Assembly: GCA_965219095.1 (NCBI GenBank)
Contig: CBDCMT010000001.1
Location: 2,304,001-2,368,000, forward strand
DNA: 64,000 nucleotides
Direction of reading: 5' to 3'
Source: Bdellovibrionales bacterium
GTDB lineage: Bacteria; Bdellovibrionota; Bdellovibrionia; Bdellovibrionales; UBA1609
The notes below the pieces were generated by a model. The model did no database searches. It had not been told where the DNA came from and worked only from the letters and a program-made list of their open reading frames with translations. Position 1 is the stretch's first letter. Each line of letters opens with the position of its first letter. Of the stretch, positions 8,943 to 18,694 are shown one piece after another. A program made the translations under genes and the position numbers.

Positions 8943-10590
8943 CCTGACTTTATCGGTTCGGAGCAGTGCACAACTTCTAATCACCTGATATTATACCATT
9001 TCCAAAAATTAATTCGACATTCTTTTAACGCATAGCGTCCTGGCTTTTTGATCAAACTCTGTTAAATTTTTAGAGTCATGTCGAAAAAAGATTTAGTTAC
9101 ACAGATTCAAGGGTATAATTTTCTAGCTACTTACAAAGTAGAAAGAAGTGCCAACATCAAGATAAAACTCCAAGCTTTGCAGCATATGCAAGAAGGAAAA
9201 TCGATTCAAGAAACAGCAAGTATAGTTTTCTATCACCGTCACAGTATCAAATCCTGGTTACAGTCTTTTTTTGTAGACTTTGATTACGAGGGGTTGATAG
9301 ATCGAGAAGGCAGAGGGCGCAAGCCTCGTTTACCAGTGACAGAAGAAGAGAACTTCAAAATCAAGTTAGATGAAATTCAAGACAAGAGAGAAGGAGGAAG
9401 CATAGGAGCAAAGGGAATACAGGAACTTTTAGCAAATGAATTTGACTGTTGCTATTCTCTTTCTGGGGTTTATGCTCTCTTTAGACCGTCTTAATATTGT
9501 ATGGATCAGTGGTCGTTCTCTTCATCCTAAAACTTCATTAAGAAGCTATGGAACAGTTTAAGGAACATTTTCCAGAAGAGGTGGAGAAAATAAAGGAAAA
9601 GATTCAGACTCATAAAATAGAGATTTGGTGGCAGGATGAATGCAGAATAGGCTCAGCAAGGTTCTTTAAGCAGGATTTGGGCAAGAAAAGGCACACGACC
9701 TAGAGTTGTGAGACAAAGACAATTTTTATCCACTTATATTTTTGGAGCAGTTTGTCCGGATAAAGATAAAGGCTGTGCTTGGGTTTTACCGGAATGTAAT
9801 TCAGGGATGATGCAAATTCACTTAGATGAGATATCTAAAAATATTCAAGAAAACTATCATGGAATTGTTTTAATGGACAGAGCCAGTTGGCATACCACAG
9901 AGACTTTGATAGTTCCTAAGAATTTATCCCTGATGCCTTTACCTCCTTATAGTCCAGAATTAAATCCCATGGAACAAGTCTGGCAACAATTACGAAGGAT
10001 CAAATTATCGAATGCATGTTTTAAAAACTATGACCATATACTGAATACTTGTTGTGAGGCCTGGAATACTTTTTGCGATCAGGAGGGCAGGATTAAAAAA
10101 TTATGCACTCGATCTTGGGCAAAACAACAAGATGAATCAAGCTTGTAAATTAATTTGAACCTATAAATTAAATTGCGTAACTGATTTTTTTCATTTTACA
10201 TCTTAACCTCACTTTTTTACACTTATTTTAACCCATCAATCGATTCACACAACAATAGATATACATAAAATAAACATATCTTATGAAAACTCAACCTCCC
10301 TTCAAAAAAAACTTTTTTAAAGCCTCCTAATTGAAACTTTTCCTTAAGTCAATTTTAAAATTTTAAATTTGAACATAAAAATGTCGAATTAATTTCTGTA
10401 ATTGGTATTACAAGGTTTTTAATTTTCAGGACACGCAACACTTTTCGCTATAGGTCAAGAGTTTAGGTGTTTTCTAGTCGATATGCAAGCTCCTGTCTTT
10501 GAATATCAAAAGCTTGGTAAATTTTCTTAGCCTCTTTCGACAGTTCTTTAGAGATCATATATTTTTGTTTTTGAATTCTTTAGAATCCAC
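8943..10590 (-). mobile_element. IS1634-family 3' remnant with right end, interrupted by IS630
   Basis: 10590-10425 encodes KYMISKELSKEAKKIYQAF, similar to 14019-14300. The end CCTGACTTTATC at 8943 resembles the CCTGACTTCGAC ends. Confidence 0.55.
8992..10410 (+). mobile_element. IS630-family IS with frameshifted transposase (9078-10148)
   Basis: IRs ATACCATTTCCAAAAATTAATTCGACAT and ATGTCGAATTAATTTCTGTAATTGGTAT with TA flanks; HTH GRKPRL; WWQDE, MDRASWH and LPPYSPELNPME; three +1 frameshifts (~9480, ~9540, ~9652). Confidence 0.9.
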
Positions 10591-10702
10591 TTTTCCACCT
10601 CACATAATATTCTAATTAAGGTTTCTACTCCATAATTTAAGCCCTTTGATTTCAAAAGTGAATACGCTTAGATTTTCCTGTCGATCTCTCTAGAGAAAAA
10701 CC

Positions 10703-10728
10703 CTGAAAACCTAAACGGAAGCACTATA
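10703..10728 (+). mobile_element. isolated IS630 terminal repeat (same family as 30904-32045)
   Basis: CTGAAAACCTAAACGGAAGCACTATA. Confidence 0.8.
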
Positions 10729-10730
10729 TA

Positions 10731-11429
10731 ATCGAGAGATTAAGTCTTGGAAGCTCTGTGAGAGCTTGGACGGGGTTCATTCAAAACAGGCTCTGAAAGC
10801 CGCAGTCCAATCTGTTTCTGGGAACTTAGAGGGCTTGATAATCCACTCGGATCAAGGGGTTCAATATTGTTGTGAAGGGTTTAGAAAAGAATTGAAATTC
10901 TTTGGCCTCAAGCGTAAGTCGGTTTTTTAACAGCCCTTGACTCCTATAAGAAGATGTTTCTTAGATTTTAAAGGAGAAGTTTTTATTGATCTTGTTGTAA
11001 AACAAGCTTGAACAAGCCTGTAAGACGTTTTCCTAAGATCTTCCCCGTTACAAAAGTATTAGAGATAGAATAACTCTTAGTTTTTTTTTCGTATTGTGAT
11101 TTTCTTTGTGCTTTATTTTTTAAGAACCCCTCTCCTTATAGGAGTCAAGGGCTGTCAGACAACCGAGTTACCCTCAAGCAATCTATGTCTAGGAAAGGAA
11201 ATTGTTATGATAATGCGTTTGTGGAGAGCTTTTTCCATACGTTGAAGGATGAACTGGAATACAAAGACTGTACAACAAAGGAAGAGTTGGAAAAAAAAAT
11301 TGCAATTTACATGGATTGGTATAACAAGGTAAGAATGCATTCTTCCTTGAAATACATGAGCCCAAAAGAATTTAAACAAAGGAGGGCTTTAAGAACATAA
11401 AAACTGTCCACTTTTTTGGGGGAAGATCA
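10731..11429 (+). mobile_element. IS3-family 3' remnant interrupted by a MITE
   Basis: LIIHSDQGVQYC...FFGLK continues as QSMSRKGNCYDNAFVESFFHTLKDE...YNKVRMHSSLKYMSP after removing 10914-11171. The right IR ends GGGGAAGATCA at 11429. Confidence 0.88.
10914..11171. mobile_element. 258-bp non-coding IS66-type MITE
   Basis: ~40-bp imperfect IRs GTAA(G/C)TCGGTT..ACAGCCCTTGACTCCTATAAG; 8-bp TSD CCTCAAGC at 10906-10913 and 11172-11179. Confidence 0.9.
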
Positions 11430-11802
11430 AACTCCAAAAACCCCTTAGTCTTTCATTCAATGGAAGGTGGAATTGTGCCTTATAACGACCATTCGCTGGG
11501 CTTTTGATAAGTCTTTTAGGGCTTGCGGACTTCCTTGGAGAGGAACTCACATTTGCCGTCATACTTATGCCACAATGGCTTTGATGGCCACAAAGAGCCT
11601 CTCAGCTGTCCAAGCAAGTCTTGGACATAAGGATCAAGCTATGACTCAAAGGTATGCGAAAGTGGTAGCTCTCATTAACTCGGATATAGCGGAAAAAACA
11701 GCTCAGATGTATGAATTAGAAAGTTTAAACCAACTTTCAGAAACAAGTTTCAAAGCTTCACCTCTTAAACTTAAAGACAAAGAAATTTTGGAAGTGAAAT
11801 GA
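11430..11802 (+). pseudogene. phage-integrase-type tyrosine recombinase, C-terminal fragment
   Basis: THICRHTYAT...SLGHKD..MTQRYA. The N-terminus is replaced by the IS3 end. Confidence 0.8.
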
Positions 11803-11896
11803 AGACTAGCAAGCCGGAAAAATAGGAGTTAAAAATCACTCCTAAAATCACTTCAAAAAGCAAAATAAATGGGTTTTTTTAGCTTGGATTTTGTGA

Positions 11897-11934
11897 GGAA
11901 AAAAAGAAAACCCCTCCAACAAAGGGAGGGGTTT
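11897..11934 (-). terminator. Rho-independent terminator downstream of the pilA pseudogene
   Basis: 10-bp stem AAACCCCTCC/GGAGGGGTTT followed on the - strand by TCTTTTTTT, about 17 nt after the pilin stop. Confidence 0.75.
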
Positions 11935-11950
11935 CATATGATTTTTTTCT

Positions 11951-13654
11951 TTATTTTTGAGATAACACCTTGACTTCGTCTATCCCCCAGTTTGAATTTG
12001 TCGTGTCTTCCTCTCCCGTTGCACAAGCATCAAAACCAGTAGCGGTTGTTTTGCATGCAGCATTCAAGTCTGCTTCTGTAATGGCTGTACCTCCACTACT
12101 AGTACAGCATAACATTAAATTTTAATATTTTCATAATGCCTCTTAAACTTATTTCTAGCCTTATTATTTGTAAACTGCCAATTAATTTTGATTCTGTCTT
12201 TGTTTCTCTTACGGGTCCAAGTTTCTACTTCTTTTTTTAGTTGTTCAAAACTTCCTATACGTCGGTTTAAACATTGCTTTGAAAGAGCCGAAAACTCGAT
12301 TTCTGCCATATTTAACCAACTGGCCTTTTTAGGAGTATAAATCATCTCAAGTCTATTTTTTAACTCCAAGGCCTTTTGAGCTGGCATGTTCTCATAAAAA
12401 GAAGAGCCATTGTGAGTGTTTAAATTATCTTGTATCAATGTGATCTTGTCTACGTCCTTATAATATAAGGACATTTTTCTCATGAAAAGAGCATAATCTT
12501 TCTTTGTTTTTCTCTTTCTTACCTCTACAATTCTTCTTCCACTCAATGGCTCTATGGCTAAGAACACAACACAGGTTCCATTTCTTTTGTAATGATAATC
12601 CTCTCTTTTTTCTTTTCCAGGGCTTACAGGAACTGGCATCAAAACATCTTCTATCAATTGACAAGGACGCTCATCAAAACAAAGAACAGGACGATTAGAA
12701 TCTAGCTTTCTTTCATAAACTTCTAAAACAGACTCCATTTGGCAAATAAAATGAGAATCGATCTTGCTTAAACACCACTGTCTTTTTAAATGAGGTTTGA
12801 CTTCGTTTTTTTTAATATACGACCCACATGGGTGTGAGAAATAGAGTCTACAACATTTAACTCAACCAACTTATCAGATAGCATCTGTAAACTCCATCGA
12901 CCATAACCTTCAGGAGCTTTCGTACAAGCTAAACTCGTAATCTTCGTCCTTTGCTTCCCTGTAAACTTAGGAGGCTTTCCAGGACGAGGAGCATCATAAA
13001 GTGCTCTCCCTAATCCTCCCTTCAAGTACCCTTCTTTGATATTTTGAATAGTCCCTAAAGTTCTCACTCCAAGAATCTCACAAACCTCTGTGGAACCCTT
13101 CCCTTGATGGCTTAAAAGTAAAACCCTGGCTCGTGTTAAAACTCGAGACTGATTCACTCCCTTCTTCAACATCTTCTCTAATTTTGTCTTCTCTGAACTC
13201 TTTAACTTTATCCTTACTTTTGGCTTTCTTTTTGCTTTTGGATTTGCTCTTGCCTTTGTTTTTAATTTCATCTTTGATCTCATATCCCCTCCTTGGACTT
13301 TTTATTAAACTACAACAAATATTATAGGAACAACAAAAATACAAGTCAAATATATTGAAATTTAAGGTTATGCTGTACTAGAAGGATGAACAGAATCTGC
13401 TGGGTTAGCTGTACAAGTAGATGCAGCCGTAATATTAGGGGCATTCCCTGAAGCTTTAAATCCTACAGCGTAGTGGGGTTTTCCAGTAGGTTCATCAAAA
13501 CCTATTGTTGTAAGATTAGCACAGTAGCCTGAGTGCTCATAACTAAAAGCTTTTTCCGCAGTAAAAAGAGCACCTAAGTTATTTTAGCTTCACCGCTTCG
13601 TGCTTTTTTTCTAAACCCATCGAATGCAGGAATGGCAACTGCTGCAAGAATTCC
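11951..13654 (-). pseudogene. pilA: type IV major pilin (Bdellovibrio PilA-like); 5'-truncated, frameshifted and split by IS630
   Basis: Manual translation gives GILAAVAIPAFDGFRKKARSGEAK(fs)NLGALFTAEKAFSYEHSGYCANLTTIGFDEPTGKPHYAVGF...HPS|SSGG...GFDACATG...WGIDEVKVLSQK*. It is not in the ORF track. Confidence 0.8.
12102..13378 (-). mobile_element. IS630-family IS, apparently intact; orfA 13283-12786 and orfB to 12115 joined by a probable -1 frameshift
   Basis: IRs GTACAGCATAAC; TA duplication within CTAG; A8-C slippery run near 12806-12813; CFDE, QDNLNTH and SWLNMAEIE motifs. Confidence 0.93.
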
Positions 13655-13660
13655 TTCCAT

Positions 13661-13777
13661 GGAACAATTGTCGTAGGTTCTGGTGATGGAAATGTTTATT
13701 CTTTAGACTTTACAACAGAAAAAGAATTAGTAACAACATATCAAAAACAGGTTACTTGCAAGGAGGAAGCAAAATAG
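13661..13777 (+). pseudogene. C-terminal scrap of a PQQ-type beta-propeller protein
   Basis: Reads GTIVVGSGDGNVYSLD...EEAK*; no start codon. Confidence 0.5.
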
Positions 13778-13784
13778 ATTGCCA

Positions 13785-13835
13785 TTGGAAAACTGTCAGA
13801 ACCTCCAGGAACTTTACAGATTCTTTTGAGGAGGC
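13785..13835 (+). mobile_element. ISL3 right-end scrap
   Basis: Degenerate copy of 1499-1548. Confidence 0.85.
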
Positions 13836-13964
13836 ATAAATTTTATCATTTTCTAAAGGGCGAACTCAGGACTCAGAAAGAAAATATGGATAACCAGCCT
13901 TTTTTTTGAAAGGCTGGGACTTAAAAACCCTGATTAGAAGAGTTAGACTCATCTAAGAAATATC

Positions 13965-14005
13965 CTCCTCAGTAGAAGTCAAGGGCTGTTAAGAAACCGA
14001 CTTAC
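13965..14005. mobile_element. isolated IS66-type end
   Basis: AGTCAAGGGCTGTTAAGAAACCGACTTAC matches the IR of the MITE at 10914. Confidence 0.75.
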
Positions 14006-14018
14006 GGTTGTTTTAAGT

Positions 14019-14300
14019 TTAGGAAGAGTTTTCTATGAGAAAAGGTTTTTTTATGTAATCTTTTTTAAATACAGCATAAATCTGTTTGGCTTCTTTGGAT
14101 AAAGCTCTGGGGACAAAATAGGAGACAGAAGGTTTTTTCATTTTGTCTCCAATCACAAAAGATTCAACCTCTTTTAAAGTATCAATAAGCTCATTAAGGC
14201 TGTAATGAAGAGTAGCTTTTTTTAAAGAGAGTTCTACATACTTCAAGACAGTGTAAGCCAAAAAACAAATAAAAAGATGAGATTTAATTGTAATAGACGT
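14019..14300 (-). pseudogene. IS1634-family transposase C-terminal fragment
   Basis: IKSHLFICFLAYTVLKY...LSKEAKQIYAVF. Confidence 0.75.
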
Positions 14301-14359
14301 TCTATCCCCTCTTCTTATTATTTCACATCTAAAGAGTAGAAATTTATAGGCCATCTTAG

Positions 14360-14380
14360 TGATCTTCCCCCAAAAAAGTG
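14360..14380 (+). mobile_element. isolated IS3 left IR
   Basis: TGATCTTCCCCCAAAAAAGTG is the reverse complement of the end at 11429. Confidence 0.75.
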
Positions 14381-14497
14381 CATTGGCACACCCTCCAGTC
14401 CAGAAGGATTCTCTTCAAAAAACTTTTTGCCTTTCGCATTGTCTTGGCCTTTTGCAACCGCTAGGTGAGCCCATAAAGTACGTTTCAGGGGGAGGAG

Positions 14498-14576
14498 CTA
14501 GTGTTCTGACCAGTTAATTCTTTTACAGTTCTTCTAAGGTGAAGTTATGAAAAAAATTTACTGGCTAAAGCACTAG
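14498..14576. mobile_element. ~79-bp empty IS scar with CTAG flanks
   Basis: CTAGTGTTCTGACCAGTTAATT...AATTTACTGGCTAAAGCACTAG. A single related end AATTTACTGGTCAGAACACTAG occurs at ~35021-35042. Confidence 0.65.
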
Positions 14577-14668
14577 AAAGAAGTTTTTTCATTCAAAACC
14601 CTAAAACTCGCAGGAAAGCTTTCTTAACTCTTTTCAAAAGCTGAAAATTATTATAATATATCCTTACG

Positions 14669-15214
14669 ATGAAAGAAACGTACCAGCAAGATCGCAAATT
14701 AACAGAAAGCACAAGGTCTTTTGCTTTTACCACAAGGCTTGAGTCTATTGTCGCATGGGGTCGTAAAAATTCTCTTTGGCCTATGCCTTATGGCACAGCT
14801 TGTTGTGGTATCGAAATGATGTCTGTTTTTGGACCTCGTTATGATTTAGCTCGTTTTGGAGCTGAGGTGGTAAGGTTTTCTCCCAGACAGGCAGATCTTT
14901 TGATTGTGGCAGGAACCATTACAGAGAAAATGGCACCTGTGATCACTCGTGTGTATGAACAGATCTTAGAACCTAAGTATGTGATCGCAATGGGAGCTTG
15001 TGCTAGTTCTGGCGGTTTTTATAGGGCCTATCATGTGCTACAAGGTGTGGATAAAATCATTCCTGTGGATGTGTATGTTCCAGGCTGCCCTCCTACACCT
15101 GAAGCAGTGATAGATGGTGTGATAAGAGTGCAAAAAATGATTGAAGACAAGACCCCTCGCCCTTGGAAAAAAAACTGGCAGTACAAACCTCATAGGAGAA
15201 AAGAGCCTTGTTAG
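14669..15214 (+). CDS. nuoB: NADH-quinone oxidoreductase subunit B
   Basis: [26 protein letters not shown]. Confidence 0.97.
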   Translation: MKETYQQDRKLTESTRSFAFTTRLESIVAWGRKNSLWPMPYGTACCGIEMMSVFGPRYDLARFGAEVVRFSPRQADLLIVAGTITEKMAPVITRVYEQILEPKYVIAMGACASSGGFYRAYHVLQGVDKIIPVDVYVPGCPPTPEAVIDGVIRVQKMIEDKTPRPWKKNWQYKPHRRKEPC

Positions 15215-16911
15215 ATAAGCCAACTCTTCTTTTTCAAGAAGAGCCTTTAAAAAAAGAAGTTTTTGAAAATTTAAAACATAAATCTTCACAAGATTTTAAA
15301 ATAGGTTTTGAAGAAAAAACTGTCGATCATTTGAGTCTTGTGATCTGTAAAGAAGATCTTTTTGAACTTATGACGTTTCTTAAAACACAGTTTGATTTCT
15401 TAATGAACATTACCGGCGTAGATTATTTGAATAGAGAAAAAAGATTTGAAATTGTATATGAACTTTTCTCTTCTAAAACCTTTTTTCGCTTAAGAGTGAA
15501 AGTTCCTCTAAGTGAAAAAGAATCTATAAGCTCTTTAACAAGTTTATGGAAGGGTGCTAATTGGTTTGAAAGAGAAATCTATGATATGTTTGGAATTCAC
15601 TTTGATTACCATCCTAACTTGACAAGAATTTTATGTCACCATGAATTTAAAGGGCATCCTTTAAGAAAAGATTATCCTGCGGATCGACAACAACACTGTG
15701 ATTCTAGTTTGGATGCTTATTTTGAAGATGAAGCCAAAACTCCTGAAAACCATGTTCTTTTGAATATAGGCCCCTCTCATCCTGCTACTCATGGGACTTT
15801 AAGAATTATGTGTGAGTTAGACGGAGAAAGGGTTCACCGTGCTAATGTGGAGCTAGGTTACCTTCATCGTTGTTTTGAGAAAATGGCAGAAACTCATCCT
15901 TATAATCAAGTGATTCCTTATACGGATCGCTTGAACTATTGTTCTGCCCCTATGAACAATGTAGGGTACTGTTATGCTGTGGAACAGCTTTTAGGAGTTG
16001 AGATTCCTCCTAAGGCTCAATCCCTGCGAGTTATCTTGTGTGAACTTTCAAGAGTCATTGATCATATTGTTTGTATAGGAGCTAATGCTGTTGATTTAGG
16101 AGCTTTAACAGGATTTTTTCATCTTTTTTCATACAGAGAAATGGTTTACACTTTGTTTGAAAAACTTTGTGGTGCAAGACTTACGGTAAGTTTAACTCGT
16201 ATAGGAGGTATGGCTCAAAATCCTCCTAGGGGTTGGATTCATGACGTATTAAGCACTTGCCGTAAGATCAGAAAGGGTATCTCTGAAATTGAGGGCCTTT
16301 TAACGGAAAACAAGATATGGATTCAAAGAACAAAAGGTGTGGGAGCCATTAGTGCTCAAGAAGCAATTGAGTGGGGTTATACAGGCCCTCTTTTAAGAGC
16401 TTGTGGGATAGGTTTAGATTTGAGGGCTTGTGGAAAATCTTATTATGGGTATAACCAGTTGGATTTTGACATTCCTGTGGGTTCGGAAGGGGATTGTTAT
16501 GAAAGGTATTTGGTTCGTATAGAAGAGATGAAACAATCTTTGAAAATTATCGAACAAGTAGCAAGAAACTTACCTTCCGGTGATTATACTATAAGAGATA
16601 AAAAAATTGTTTTGCCTGAAAAAAAAGATGTTTATGGAAACATTGAAGGACTTATGAATCATTTTGTTTTGGTAATGAATGGTTTAAGGCCACCTCAAGG
16701 AGATATTTATAGTTACACAGAAGGAGCTAATGGGGAGTTAGGTTTTTACTTAGTCAGTGACGGCTCAGCTCAGCCTTACAGATTGAAAGTACGTCCTCCC
16801 TGTTTTCCTATTTACCAATCTTTTTCAGATCAGGTCAGAGGAGGTTTGGTCGCAGATGTAATCTCTATTTTAGGAAGCATGAACATTATTGCTGGAGAAT
16901 TAGATCGATAA
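15208..16911 (+). CDS. nuoCD: NADH-quinone oxidoreductase fused subunit C/D
   Basis: [12 protein letters not shown]...GHPLRKDYP followed in frame by [16 protein letters not shown] and GELDR. Confidence 0.96.
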   Translation: MLDKPTLLFQEEPLKKEVFENLKHKSSQDFKIGFEEKTVDHLSLVICKEDLFELMTFLKTQFDFLMNITGVDYLNREKRFEIVYELFSSKTFFRLRVKVPLSEKESISSLTSLWKGANWFEREIYDMFGIHFDYHPNLTRILCHHEFKGHPLRKDYPADRQQHCDSSLDAYFEDEAKTPENHVLLNIGPSHPATHGTLRIMCELDGERVHRANVELGYLHRCFEKMAETHPYNQVIPYTDRLNYCSAPMNNVGYCYAVEQLLGVEIPPKAQSLRVILCELSRVIDHIVCIGANAVDLGALTGFFHLFSYREMVYTLFEKLCGARLTVSLTRIGGMAQNPPRGWIHDVLSTCRKIRKGISEIEGLLTENKIWIQRTKGVGAISAQEAIEWGYTGPLLRACGIGLDLRACGKSYYGYNQLDFDIPVGSEGDCYERYLVRIEEMKQSLKIIEQVARNLPSGDYTIRDKKIVLPEKKDVYGNIEGLMNHFVLVMNGLRPPQGDIYSYTEGANGELGFYLVSDGSAQPYRLKVRPPCFPIYQSFSDQVRGGLVADVISILGSMNIIAGELDR

Positions 16912-16935
16912 AGCCAATTAGAAAAAGAGGAAAGT

Positions 16936-17424
16936 ATGTTTGAATTATCTCCCGAGGGAGTGGATTTTGTAAAAAAAGAAATGAAAAGGTATGAGAGCAA
17001 ACGTTCGGCTTTGATTCCCTGTCTTTTTAGAGTTCAAAAAGAAAACAAAGGTTGGATTAGTCAAGAGTGTGTGTCTTACCTTTCTGAACTTATGGATATT
17101 CCTAAAGCTTATGTTTTTGAAGTGTTTCATTTCTATACAATGTTTAATAAAAAACCTGTAGGAAAACTCCATGTTCAAGTGTGTTGCAATATTTCTTGTG
17201 CTATGAATGGGGGACGGGAGTTGGCAGAAGCGATTTGTAAAGCCTATAAAACGTCTTTACATAAAAAAAGCCCTTGTGAAACAGTAACAGTCACTCCTGT
17301 AGAGTGTTTAGGAGCCTGTAATGGAGCTCCTATGATGCAAGTCAATGACAATTATTATGAAAATCTTGATCAAACAAAAGCTTTAAGAGTTTTAAAAGAG
17401 TTAGAAGATAATTATGGAAACTAA
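16936..17424 (+). CDS. nuoE: NADH-quinone oxidoreductase subunit E
   Basis: FYTMF, CxxxxC and ECLGAC 2Fe-2S ligands. Confidence 0.96.
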   Translation: MFELSPEGVDFVKKEMKRYESKRSALIPCLFRVQKENKGWISQECVSYLSELMDIPKAYVFEVFHFYTMFNKKPVGKLHVQVCCNISCAMNGGRELAEAICKAYKTSLHKKSPCETVTVTPVECLGACNGAPMMQVNDNYYENLDQTKALRVLKELEDNYGN

Positions 17425-18694
17425 AATTTTAACAAAACATTACAATAAAGATGAATTTATCACTTTAGAAGGTTATCAAAAATATGGTGGCTATAAAGTT
17501 TTAAAGGATACTTTAGGAAAGTTAGAACCTGAAGTGATTGTGAATATGGTGAAAAACTCTGGTTTGAGAGGAAGAGGGGGAGCTGGGTTTCCTACAGGTA
17601 TGAAGTGGGGTTTTTTACCTAAAAACTCAAAGCCTCGCTATTTGCTTTGTAATGCTGATGAAGGAGAGCCTGGAACTTTTAAAGATCGTATGATGATGGA
17701 AAGATCTCCTCATCAGATTATTGAGTCTATGATCCTATCAGCTTATGCAATCCGATCCCATAAGTCTTACATTTACATTCGTGGAGAGTATAATAAAAGT
17801 TTGAAGCTTATGAAAAAAGCACTGAATGAGGCTTACAAGGAAGGCTTCTTAGGTTCTTCTATTTTAGGGACTGATTTTTCTCACGATATGGACGTTTACT
17901 CTGGAGCGGGAGCTTATATTTGTGGTGAAGAAACAGGTATGATCTCTTCCTTAGAAGGTTTGAAAGGATACCCTAAGCTCAAGCCACCTTTCCCTGCTGT
18001 TGAAGGGTATTTAGGCTACCCTACAATTGTCAACAATGTAGAGACTTTAGTCTCTGTAAAGTACATCCTAAGAGATGGTATAGAAGCTTATAAAAAATAT
18101 GGAACGCAAAAATCTCCAGGAACAAAGATCTTTTCTGTGAGCGGATCTGTTATAAGGCCGGGAAATTACGAAGTTCCTTTAGGCTATCCTCTTAAAAGTA
18201 TGATCTACAATGATTGTGGAGGCTTAAGAGAAGGCCGTCAGTTAAAGGCTGTGATTCCAGGAGGATCTTCTGCCTCTGTTTTGACAGCAGAAGAAGCTTT
18301 ATCTGCAACATTAGACTATGAAAACTTATCTAATCTAGATTCTATGTTAGGCTCAGGAGCTGTGATTGTAATTGATGATTCTCAGTGTATGGTTGATCTT
18401 TTAAAAGTGATTTTGCGCTTTTATCATCATGAATCATGTGGACAGTGTACACCTTGCAGAGAGGGTACAGGTTGGATTCATAAAATTGTGGATTCTATCA
18501 CTCAAGGGAAGGGACGTATTCAGGATTTGGATTTAATTTGCGAAGTTAGTGAAAACATGAAAGGGCGTACTATTTGTGCTCTTTCTGATGCAGCAGCTTT
18601 ACCTGCTATAAGTTTTATTAGTAAATTTAGAGAGGAGTTTGAATCTTATATAAGAAGAAGGCTTTTTCAAAGGAAAGTACAGACTTATGCTTAA
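17414..18694 (+). CDS. nuoF: NADH-quinone oxidoreductase subunit F
   Basis: GLRGRGGAGF, NADEGEPG, GAYICGEET, ESCGQCTPCREG. Confidence 0.98.
   Translation: METKILTKHYNKDEFITLEGYQKYGGYKVLKDTLGKLEPEVIVNMVKNSGLRGRGGAGFPTGMKWGFLPKNSKPRYLLCNADEGEPGTFKDRMMMERSPHQIIESMILSAYAIRSHKSYIYIRGEYNKSLKLMKKALNEAYKEGFLGSSILGTDFSHDMDVYSGAGAYICGEETGMISSLEGLKGYPKLKPPFPAVEGYLGYPTIVNNVETLVSVKYILRDGIEAYKKYGTQKSPGTKIFSVSGSVIRPGNYEVPLGYPLKSMIYNDCGGLREGRQLKAVIPGGSSASVLTAEEALSATLDYENLSNLDSMLGSGAVIVIDDSQCMVDLLKVILRFYHHESCGQCTPCREGTGWIHKIVDSITQGKGRIQDLDLICEVSENMKGRTICALSDAAALPAISFISKFREEFESYIRRRLFQRKVQTYA

Noticed and set aside
14381..14497. GC-richer fragment between IS ends
   Set aside because: Too short to assign; probably another gene scrap.
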